DNA of 64,000 bases from NCBI GenBank assembly GCA_030704615.1, contig CM060732.1, positions 63,178,001 to 63,242,000 on the forward strand, given 5' to 3'. The notes under the pieces were generated by a model, which worked only from the letters and a program-made list of their open reading frames with translations, did no database searches and had not been told where the DNA came from. Of the stretch, positions 51,239 to 61,500 are shown piece after piece. The position numbers and the translations under genes are program-made. How positions within the stretch are numbered: position 1 is the stretch's first letter; every line of letters starts with the position of its first letter. This DNA is from Takakia lepidozioides (taxonomy: Eukaryota > Plantae > Bryophyta).

Positions 51239-54200
51239 ATGACCACAGCTTCCGAAAGGGGATCAAGAGAGGGAGTCCACAATGCCTTTTCTGGCACGTC
51301 TGGGTATGTGAGGATGCTATGTGAGGCAGGGCGACTGAAAGAGGCTCTACAAACTTTAAACCATCGAGGTGTTTCAGCAGATTCAGATACTTATGTCTGT
51401 CTCTTGCATAAGTGCATCAATATGAAAGGCCTGAAAGCTGGAAAGCAGGTGCATGCTCACATTATCCAAAGCGGATTCAAGCCAAACGTGTTTCTACACA
51501 ACACCCTTGTCAACATGTATGTTAAGTGCGGGAGCATTGTGGATGCATACCGAGTGTTCAACAACATGCCTGAACGAGGTTTGATCACATGGAATATTAT
51601 GATGGCAGGACTTACCAAGTATGGGTGTGGTAAGAGTGCCTTGGAGACATATGAGCAAATGATGCGGGAAGGGGTGAAGCCCAACCACATCACGTTTGTT
51701 TGCGTTTGCAATGCGTGTGCAAGCCTGGGAGCCCTGGAAAAGGGCAAAGAGGTCCATGGTGACATCTTCAAAGCTGGTATTGTACCGGATGTCATCCTGA
51801 ATAACACACTCGTTCACATGTATGCCAAATGTGGGAGCATCGAGGATGCAAAGGGAGTGTTCGACCACATGGCCAAACGAGATGTGGTGTCATGGAATGC
51901 AATGATGGCAGGATTTACCAAGCAAGGGTGCAGTAGGAATGCTTTGGAGATGTATGAGCAAATGATACAGGAAGGGGTGAAGCCCGACCGGGTCACATTT
52001 GTTTGTGCTTGCAATGCGTGTGCAAGCCTGGCAGCCCTAGAAAAGGGCAAAGAGGTCCATGGTCACATGATCAAAGCTGGAATCGTACCAGATCTCATTC
52101 TGAACAATACCCTGGTAGACATGTATGCCAAAGGCGGGAGCATCGAGGATGCAAAGCGGGTGTTTGACGATATGGCCGAACGAAATGTGGTGTCCTGGAG
52201 CACGATGATTGCAGGATATGCCCAGCATGGGTGCGGGATGGAGGCTTTGGAGACGTACAAGCAAATGATGCGGGAAGGGGTGAAGCCGAACCGGGTCACG
52301 TTCATTTCTGTTTGCAATGCGTGTGCAAACCTGGCAGTCCTGGAAAAGGGCAAAGAGGTCCATGGTGACATTGTGAAAGCTGGAATTGTACCAGATGTCA
52401 TTCTGAACACTGCCCTGGTGGACATGTATGCCAAATGTGGGTGCTTCGAGGATGCAAAGGGATTGTTCGACAATATGGCTAAAAGAAATGTGGTGTCATG
52501 GAACGCGATGATGGCAGGATATGCACAGCATGGGTGCGGGATAGAGGCTTTGGAGACCTATGAGCAAATGATTGCGCAAGGGTGGAAGCCCGATCACATC
52601 ACGTTTGTTTGCGTTTGCAATGCGTGTGCAAGCCTGGCAGCCCTGGAAAAGGGCAAAGAGGTCCATGGTGACATCGTCAAAGCTGGAATTGTACCAGATG
52701 TCATTCTGAACAATACCCTAGTGGACATGTATGCGAAATGTGGGAGCATCGAGGATGCAAAGGGAGTGTTTGACCATATGTCCAAACGAGATGTGGTGTC
52801 ATGGAACGTGATGATATCTGGATATGCACAGCATCGGCGCGGGATGGAGGCTTTGGAGATGTATCAACAAATGATGCGGGAAGGGGTGAAGCCAAACCAC
52901 ATCACATTTGTGTGCGTTTGCAATGCATGTGCGAGCCTGGCAGCCCTGGAAAAGGGGAAAGTGGTCCATTGTGACATCCTTAAAGCTGGAATTGTACCAG
53001 ATGTCATTCTGAACACTGCAGTGGTGGACATGTATGCCAAATGCGGCAGCATGCAGGATGCAAAGGGAGTGTTCGACAATATGGCTGATCGAAATGTGGT
53101 GTCGTGGAACACGATGATCGCAGGATATGCGCAGCATGGGTGTGGGATGGAGGCTTTGGAGACCTATGAGCAAATGATACGGAAAGGGATGAAGCCTAAC
53201 CACATCACGTTCGTTTGTATCTGCAATGCATGTGCAAGCCTGGCGGCCCTGGAAAAGGGCAAAGATGTCCATGGTGACATAATCAAAGCTGGAATTGTAC
53301 CAGATGTCATTCTGAACACTGCCCTGGTGGACATGTATGCCAAATGTGGGAGCATCAAGGATGCAAAGGGAGTATTCAACAATATGGCGGAACGAGATGT
53401 GGCATCGTGGAACGCGATGATTGCAGGATATGCCCAGCATGGTTATGATATGGAGGCCTTGCAACTATTGGAAGAAATGCAGGTGGAAGGCTTGCAGCTG
53501 GACAGTATCACTTTGCTATGTGTTCTCTCTGCATGTAGCCATGCTGGCCTAGTGGATGAAGGAAAATACTACTTTGACTACATGAGTCAAGTTCATGGCA
53601 TCACTCCAGCAGTGGAGCACTTTGGCTCCATGGTGGACCTTCTTGGCCGTGGGGGGCAATTTGATGAGGCAGAGGACTTCATTAAGAAAATGCCAATGAA
53701 ACCAGACGCTGTGGTTTGGAGGGCCTTGCTTGGTGCCTGCAGGATCCATTGCAATGTGGAGATGGCTGAACGTGTGGCAACATCTATTCTCAAGTGGGAT
53801 GAAGAAGATGCCGCGACCTACATGTTGCTATCAAATATCTACGCTGCAGCTGGCAGGTGGGACGATAGTGCAAAGGTGAGAAAAATGATGAAGGTCAGAG
53901 GGGTTAAAAAGGAGCCAGGTCACTGCTGCATTGAGGTGGGCAACAGGGTGCACACCTTTGTGGTAGATGAGAAATTGCATCCAAGAATTGAGGAAATCCA
54001 TGCTGAGCTGAGAAGATTGGCTGGGCAGATGATGGAGGCAGGGTATTTCCCTGACACACGCTTTGTATTGCATGATTCGAGAGAGGAGCGAGAAGATTTT
54101 CCTCTTTGTCACCACAGCGAGAAACTGGCCATTGGTTTTGGGCTGATCAGCACGGCCCCTAAGACACCTCTCCGTCTCATCAAGAACCTTCGGGTGTGTG

Positions 54201-54322
54201 GTGACTGCCACACCTCCATCAAGTTCATCTCAAAGATTGTTGGCCGAGCAATTGTTGTACGAGACACAAACCGTTTTCACCACTTTGAAGATGGGGTTTG
54301 TTCTTGTGGGGATTGCTGGTGA
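51239..54322 (+). CDS. PLS-E1-E2-DYW pentatricopeptide repeat protein, putative organellar C-to-U RNA editing factor (23 PPR motifs, terminus DCW); the open frame extends upstream to ~51071 and upstream exons are possible
   Basis: Uninterrupted ORF with (L-S-P)x6, L-S, P2-L2-S2, E1, E2, a PG box (KKEPGHCCIEV), HSEKLA, CGDCH and HHFEDGVCSCGDCW. Confidence 0.96.
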   Translation: MTTASERGSREGVHNAFSGTSGYVRMLCEAGRLKEALQTLNHRGVSADSDTYVCLLHKCINMKGLKAGKQVHAHIIQSGFKPNVFLHNTLVNMYVKCGSIVDAYRVFNNMPERGLITWNIMMAGLTKYGCGKSALETYEQMMREGVKPNHITFVCVCNACASLGALEKGKEVHGDIFKAGIVPDVILNNTLVHMYAKCGSIEDAKGVFDHMAKRDVVSWNAMMAGFTKQGCSRNALEMYEQMIQEGVKPDRVTFVCACNACASLAALEKGKEVHGHMIKAGIVPDLILNNTLVDMYAKGGSIEDAKRVFDDMAERNVVSWSTMIAGYAQHGCGMEALETYKQMMREGVKPNRVTFISVCNACANLAVLEKGKEVHGDIVKAGIVPDVILNTALVDMYAKCGCFEDAKGLFDNMAKRNVVSWNAMMAGYAQHGCGIEALETYEQMIAQGWKPDHITFVCVCNACASLAALEKGKEVHGDIVKAGIVPDVILNNTLVDMYAKCGSIEDAKGVFDHMSKRDVVSWNVMISGYAQHRRGMEALEMYQQMMREGVKPNHITFVCVCNACASLAALEKGKVVHCDILKAGIVPDVILNTAVVDMYAKCGSMQDAKGVFDNMADRNVVSWNTMIAGYAQHGCGMEALETYEQMIRKGMKPNHITFVCICNACASLAALEKGKDVHGDIIKAGIVPDVILNTALVDMYAKCGSIKDAKGVFNNMAERDVASWNAMIAGYAQHGYDMEALQLLEEMQVEGLQLDSITLLCVLSACSHAGLVDEGKYYFDYMSQVHGITPAVEHFGSMVDLLGRGGQFDEAEDFIKKMPMKPDAVVWRALLGACRIHCNVEMAERVATSILKWDEEDAATYMLLSNIYAAAGRWDDSAKVRKMMKVRGVKKEPGHCCIEVGNRVHTFVVDEKLHPRIEEIHAELRRLAGQMMEAGYFPDTRFVLHDSREEREDFPLCHHSEKLAIGFGLISTAPKTPLRLIKNLRVCGDCHTSIKFISKIVGRAIVVRDTNRFHHFEDGVCSCGDCW

Positions 54323-55348
54323 AACGATATTTTTCTGGAAAAGGTGTGATTCTTTTCCTTCATTTATTGATCCATGTAGCTACTCGGTTCATCCACCATT
54401 TCCTGAGAATATTGACTATGATGTATTGTTGAGGACCGAAAGTCTGACTAGAATTTCTAATGTTTGGCGTAGTTTGGTTTGATTGACCTCCCATAGAGAA
54501 ACTCGGAGGGTGCTAGAATGTATCAGAGCTGAAAAAGAGTTTATGGTTTTGTTTCCAGCGGCTCATAGCCTTCACACATTGATCTTACACACTTGGCTGT
54601 GCAGGGTTACACCCATTCACTGTCCTTCAAATGAGGTCTGTATGTTTGGTGAGAATTTCTGAGCTGTTATCCTAAGAAAGTTGCCTTGGAGATCGTGTCT
54701 GATATTTTCCGGTTTCCAAGAGTGGATCAAGAGCGCTGTGACCAGAGGCAACGATTGCTTGGCCCTGCAGCAGTTTTGTATGTCACATTATAACCCATAC
54801 TCTCCTGTCAAAGTTTGTCCCACTGTCCTCTTTGATCCCCTAGTTTGGCTTTTATTTCTTGATTCTCAAATTTTTCTTTCGCCTTGGTTCTTTCTTTTTG
54901 TTGTTGCCTTTATGTTTGTATTAGTCGCAATAAGTGCTAGGTTACGACATGGCTAAGTCTTCCCATTACTTTCAAAATGTGACAGACACTCGTTATAAGG
55001 GGGCTGATGAAATCAGTGCACGCATGAAGTGGCTGGCACCTGTCACTGCCATTCATGTTGTTGTTTATGCTCCCAGGATTAGATCTACACCGTCAGATCT
55101 AAGAAATTTGGTTTTTCATAACACAACTTTTGGTGTTTGCATACAGGCAGGGAACCATCATCCGCATCTTTCCCCTATTTTGAATTGCAAAAAATACAAT
55201 AGATAAGATCTGATGTATCAGATCGCGATTATGGCACATCAGTTTTGTACCGTTAAATCTAAGAAATTTGAATTTTTATCTGTTTTTTGCATCACTTTAT
55301 TTTTTTGAATTACAAAACATATAATATATAAGATCTGACGGCAGAGAC

Positions 55349-56232
55349 TTGACCTGGATTGGCAGCCAGACGATTCAAAGCCTGCAGATTGACCTGGCGG
55401 AATGGAAGTGGAACTTTGGTGGCAATCTTCGCTCCTTCGACTTCACGTATTCTACAAAGAAGGCATACAGAGCGTTGCTGCAAGCAAAACCGTTAACGAA
55501 AAAATGGAATGACAAATGGGGACATGTTCTTTTCAGAGAGGAAAACTGGAACTGCATTTGGTCTTTGATTTGGGATAAAGCCAAACCCGCTAAGCGCAGT
55601 GCCTTTCTCTCGCACATTGCCAATAGGGTTTTAAAAGTTGGGCAATTTCTGAATTTCCAGGAAGCCATTCTCTGTAGATGCTGCACGATTAATACCATAG
55701 AATCTCTGGAACACCGCCTAGTATACTGCCATGCTCCTCAGTGCCTTTCTCTCGCACATTGCCAACAGGATTTTAAAAGTTGGGCAATTTCTGAATTTCC
55801 AGGAAGCCATTCTCTGTAGATGCTGCGCGATTAATACCATAGAATCTCTGGAACACCGCCTAGTATACTGCCATGCTCCTCAATCTATCTGGCCAATGGT
55901 GCAAGCATTCTATCGAACCTGGGAGCAGCTTACACTTGAAGTGGTGACCCTTCTCCTGAACTATAGCCAAGCAAGAAAGGAGTAACTGCCCAGTTTTCAA
56001 AGCCTTGAGGAGAGCCACTCTCTGGCAGTTATGGAAAGCTCGTTGCAGATGGGTCCTGGACAATGTCAATACCTCCTCCACTACGGTGCTTACTCAAGTG
56101 TTCTTTGATATTCCCATTGCTGCTAAACATGCGTGGACGAAACTTCGTGCAGATATAGAAAAGGCTCCCGAGCGTCAATCTACGCTACTCACCACCTTCA
56201 GGGCAACCTGGGGGAGACGGGCTTATATGTAG
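55349..56232 (+). mobile_element. L1-type LINE 3' fragment (zf-RVT region) with a 142-bp internal tandem duplication (55599-55740 / 55741-55882)
   Basis: YSTKKAYRAL, WSLIW..KPAKRSAFL, CRCC..ESLEHRLVYC..SIW and LWQLWKARCRWV are typical of the L1 ORF2 C-terminus. Confidence 0.82.
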
Positions 56233-57188
56233 TTTCACCGACGTTCACTCCTATAGCTGGCCAGGGAGCATCCCCCTTCAATGGCAACACCTAGAGCCCT
56301 CCTCTTTGGCCTCCCCGGAGTTTGATAAATCCGACATTAACTGGAAACATATCAAAGTAGCCACGAAAACTAGGCTACAATTCTGTAGATTGATTCACAA
56401 TTAGCTGGTAGTTGATGCTCTCGGGGCTCCACACCACTGGTTTCTCCCATCTCCTTCTTTGTCATTGCTGTTCTCGGATATGCTCAAAATACCCAGAACA
56501 TCCTTTCTTGCTCACGTGAGCATATGCTCCAAACCCCATGTAAAAACTGAATTTCAAAACAAGATAGTTACTTACCTACCTGCCGATTAGACTGCCAAGC
56601 CCATGGGCTGAATGGATAACAGGAAAAAGGGGGAAATTACGAAATTACTCTATTTAAAGCCCACCAAAAATAGGTCACTAGTCACTACACTAGGTATTAG
56701 TTTTACGAAAAAAAAATTAAACAAAGGAAATCTGAGAGCCACACACAATCATTCAGGCCCTTTAACAGAGGGGGAAAAAAAAACAGAGGAGGGGGAAAAT
56801 TATAACCCAATTCCATGTAAAAATTCCAAAGGAGGCATAAAGGAGACCCGTCCATAAACAAGACCACAACCTTTTTTTTATTTTTCTTAAAACCATTCCC
56901 ATGCGCAAGACAAGCAAGGTAGCAGGTATTTAAAAAAAACAATAAAAGTTAGGTTAAGTTAAGGCTGTCGTTCCATTGGATTCCACAGAAAGAAACAGGA
57001 AAGGAAGTGGGGCTCTTTATTGGTCGAGTGTGTGGGACCTCCGACAGTAATTGTGGGTGGGGGACCGATATTGCTTGCTTGGTCCCCAGAAGATTCCTTA
57101 CCAGTTCCTCACACTCCTTGCGTCTTGTGTGTGTTTTGGTTATTTCCAGCCCCGTCTTGCTCTGCGTCTCGTAATCCAGGAAGTTGCC

Positions 57189-58161
57189 ATGGGTGTCACC
57201 AAGGAGGGCGTGGAGACTACGCTGGTCAGCAAGCTGCAGCCAACGAACCTTGTAAGTCTTCGTTTCATTCTCATGCTCATGATGTTGTCGTTGATCGTGC
57301 CCCGTTTTCCAACTGGGTTTCGCCTTCTGTGATTTACTGTACAGACCACGCAGTCTTGACAGTTTGAAAAGAGTGCAGTCTCTTCCAAAAATGGGTAGAG
57401 GGGAAAGGTTTTTCACTGTCCTCGTGTAGGCTTACTTTGTGGTTTTTCTTTCCAACTGGGTTTCGCCTTCTGTGATTTACCGTACAGACTACGCAGTCTT
57501 GATAGTTTGAAAAGAATGGTTTTGTGCAGTCTCTTCCAAAAATGGGTAGAGGGGAGGGGATCTGGTTGGGGGAAGGTTTCTTGTTTCTTCACAGTCCTCG
57601 TGTACTGTGTAGGCTTACTTTTGGTATCTGTGCTTCTTCATCTTCAATTCATATTTTCAAAGTTGAATGTCGAATATGGCCACATTGACTGACTGAGTGA
57701 ATTTCCCTGGCTGTTGTGCATGGTGGAAATGTGGCACAGGCTGTGGTTGATACCTCTGGCGGGTGAGTTGTATGACTTGAGTTGGATGACTTCACAAGTA
57801 GGCGCGATAGTTTTGATATGTTGTCACACTTGCTTAATGGTAACTGAAAAGCTGTAAGTTGTAGGGGCTTATGTATCAACAACGGCTGTGGCATTTGTGT
57901 TTCTCAGAAGTAGCCGGAAAGCAACTTGAACTTGTTGGTTGAATTGATACGGTTGATCTCAACATGGATTCATGCAGGTGTGGGGCAAGTTTTGACATTG
58001 AGATTGCTTCAGCCGCGTTTGAAGGCAAGAGACTTCTAGAGCGGCACCGCATTGTGAACACTGCCTTGACGGAGGAGCTCAAAGACATTCATGCACTCTC
58101 CATCAAGAAAGCTCTTACCCCACAGCAGTGGAAGGATCAGGCAGCTAAGGCAGCTGCATAG
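57189..58161 (+). CDS. BOLA2: BolA-family protein, cytosolic BolA2 type; exons 57189-57251, 57740-57762, 57978-58161
   Basis: Spliced MGVTKEGVETTLVSKLQPTNLAVVDTSGGCGASFDIEIASAAFEGKRLLERHRIVNTALTEELKDIHALSIKKALTPQQW; no transit peptide. Confidence 0.92.
57305..57622. repeat. Imperfect tandem duplication (~140-175 bp) in BolA2 intron 1
   Basis: TTTCCAACTGGGTTTCGCCTTCTGTGATTTAC..GTGCAGTCTCTTCCAAAAATGGGTAGAGGGGA..GTAGGCTTACTTT occurs twice. Confidence 0.88.
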
Positions 58162-58587
58162 GTTACTAACATTGTTCCAAGGCTGCCTTCCAGATGCTTT
58201 GGGAAGGACTGAATTATCTCCCTTGAAGGCCAGGAATCCTTTGCTTTTTTGATTAAAAGTTCTCAAGTCTGGCTTATATTATACTCATTTGGATAAGAAC
58301 TTTGACTGTCAATATAACCCACCACTTTCCCTATTCATGTGACCTGTTCCAAGTGGGCATTGTCTCTTTTCTGATGGAAACACACATGTTTAGCGACATG
58401 AAGTTTGGTGTCCATAGATTTCTGAGTAACTACACTCCTAATTGGAAACCTCAGGAGTCTTGCATCACATGACTCTCTGATGGTTTTATTTGACACATCA
58501 ATGCATGATGAGTGATCAAAGCAGAAGACCATGAGACTGATGGCTATGATGGCTATGGCAGCTACAAGCACCACTGACAGTAAGATG

Positions 58588-61500
58588 CTATCGATGGTGA
58601 ACTCTGCACTCGGGTGAGTTGGTTCTCAAGGGAGTGAGAGGCCGCCTTGCTGTTGCTGTTGTGAGCTCCTGTCCAGGTCCCTCGCACTTGTCTTGCTGTT
58701 TTCCATTGGACTTTGTTGCAAAGCCTTTATTCTGTCATGCAAAACCCACAAATTCAATGTACTGGACCAATCCACACTAGAGAAAAGAAATGTGTAATTT
58801 GGGGAGAATTCTGTCCCTCTATGTAATCTGCTGGCTCATCTGAAACAACAGCTATGCATTCATTGAGGTAACAAATGAATAATTTGCCTAAACTGGTGAA
58901 ATTGACAAAGACTACACCAAGTTGGACAACAGAGTGCTGTCTTCATCATCCACCCACCTTAAACCTGCTTACTCCCATTCCCTCCCTCCTCTCTCATCGA
59001 CCATATGCTTAGCCGGCCTTGTAGCCCATGCATCTGGACATCTACCTGTAACCCACAAATCTGACCATTAAAGGTCTCTGTAACTGGGTACCTTTTCCCC
59101 TCCCCTCCCCTGACTAGCAAGAGTACTCGCTAAGAGTGCACACCCCCAGGCTTCAGGGCATTTATGCCATGCATGTGAGTGGTTATAAACCTTACTCCTT
59201 TAGTTGGCAAGGGTGATGCGTTGTGGCCCGAGCTCGAGGCACATCTGACTCTCAGCATCAGCCGTAGCTCCTTATTCTCATCAGCCAACAGTTCCACCTG
59301 CCATAATTGTAGCCATCAAATCAAATCGTCACTTTTGAGCTTAATGCCTATACCAGTGTCAGAGTTGCAACTTCCCTTATGTCATTTTCAGCTGTTAAAC
59401 TTGGAGCATTCAATTTCATCTATTCCCTCTCCTTGTCTGTCTATTTGGGTCCATCTACAAAAGTTTGGTTTGAACACAATTGGTAGGACGTGATAATATA
59501 ATTTCAGCTTTCCAGGGACAAACATTTCTCTTCTCTCATTCTTGCTTCATTTCCCTCTCATGTGCCATGCAAAACACGCATTAAAGCAGGTACCTCATCT
59601 TCAGCTTTTTCAAGATTGTTTTTACAGATGGCCGCTTCCTGCCTCAGGGCATGTGCCTCCCAGAGCAATTCTTTCATACCTTTCTCCGCTACTCTCACCC
59701 TGTTTCCAACGGTCCAACAACCTGAGGTCAACAAGACGTTACTGAGACAATCATTGGTGATAGAACCAGAATCAAAGCCATCATTTCAAAAGGCTGTTCA
59801 ATTGACATGAGCCATGTGAGCACTCAAACCAATTTCTAGCATTCCAACTCCATAACCAACTTCCAATACCATCTCTTCCTTGAATCATTTGATAGGAAAT
59901 CTTCAAGTTTTAGAATTTTAGCTGTGAGTCTGCAATGTTCCCAATCTCTTACACCTACATACGAATGATGTGCCTTTGAACAAGAATCTGTGATCCTAAT
60001 TCAAGTGGAGGTGTGCGAAACCGAAATCGTAATATTGTACTTGTGAAATTAAAGTCATGCCCATATAAATAAGTCATTCCAAAGGTGCCATGGCTATGAG
60101 AAGCGTATGCTGGCAGGCAGATCATAACTTGAATGAAGCTTGACTAGTTTACACAGCTGTGATAGAGAGGGGGCAGAAAATGGAGGGAGATATGCCTCAC
60201 CTTTCACGATTTGCTCGCATTTCTCCTTTCATGCGCTTGACAATGGCTTTAACCTGCATGTTGAGGGAAGTGAGGCCATCGTCTCTCTCCTGCTCCAGTG
60301 CCTTGCACACACCAGCCATAATGGCTGAAGATACTAAAGTGTGCACAGTTTTCTCATCCTTGCACATAGACTCCTTATTTGTACATGCTTCTTGCATTCC
60401 TCTGAGCTGTGCCAGCGATTCCTCATATCGCTAGTTGCCATTGAAATCACAGGATTAGCATCAATCATTAAGAGCAAGTTCTTAGCAGCAAGGTGACATA
60501 CAAATTATCTTGGGTTCAGGAATTGGCACTTGCCATGACAGATGGGTTATGGCAGGGTATATCTACAGGGTATATTCCTCATTGCTAGAAGACATAATTT
60601 TTCGGAAATGTCGTCAGCAACACTTCATTAATCCTATGGGAGTCTGAGGTGCATATCTACAAGTTGTATGACACCTCCCATATTCTCAACTTTGTAGCTT
60701 AACTTCCCAACCCAGTCCAAAAGCACTAGTTTCTTAAGTTGCACTGTCCCATGACCAGCGGTGACAACGAGATGCCAACAGTTGTTCCACTCAAGTATGC
60801 AGAACCCCAGTCTTTCAATTCTAGTGAGGGACTATTCAAGTAAATAAGTAAACTAAAAACCTCTCGAAATCACTGGAATTTCCATGCTGGACTGTCCTTG
60901 GGCTTTCAGAAGTTATTTGTGTCTCATCAAAGACACAAGCCCATCCTAAACCCATTGGAACTGGGCGATGCTTGTGATAGCTTTTGCTGTCTTCATCTCT
61001 TTTTCAATATATAGGATAGTTAGTGGTGCTTGCAGACAATAGAAAAGGGAATACCAGGTTGGAAGAATTAAGCAGATCATGCATCACACGACTGTGCTCT
61101 TCAAGTTGCCTGTATGCAGAATTCACTTCCATCTTCGCATCGGCCTTGACACTCACTACCTCTTTCTGCAACCTGACATTATTATAGGTGCCCAATTTCA
61201 ACACGCAATGCACATGGAAAAGAAGATGGAGTTGACCATTCACTTTACCAGTAGATGGACTCAGCTACAGCAAAGCTGGAGGGGCAATGGCAGGGAGTAG
61301 GGGAGAAAGGACCTGAGGGCTTCAACCACAGCTTTACAACTTTTGTTATGTGTAGTTTTCGGCAAAGATCAACCAGCAACTTTCATGGTAGATGCAAGTA
61401 AACTTCCGGCACCAAACAATGTTGCTGGTAACAAATACATCACAGTGGACATAAGCAATCATCCAAATGGCCAATGAACTGTAAGCATACCTTCTGTTAT

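Noticed and set aside
51380-53500. Regular repeats as a CRISPR-like or satellite array
   Set aside because: They are 303-nt in-frame PPR triplets with no repeat-spacer structure, in a eukaryotic context.
51457-54211. Many antisense ORFs over PPR, Copia and LINE coding regions
   Set aside because: They are shadow frames of repetitive sense-strand coding sequence with no independent motifs.
55081-55350. Short inverted repeat CCGTCAGATCT / AGATCTGACGG
   Set aside because: Only an 11-bp match with no TSD, not enough to call a MITE.
56568-56585. TACTTACCT, resembling the U1 snRNA 5' end
   Set aside because: The downstream sequence does not match U1 stem-loops or the Sm site.
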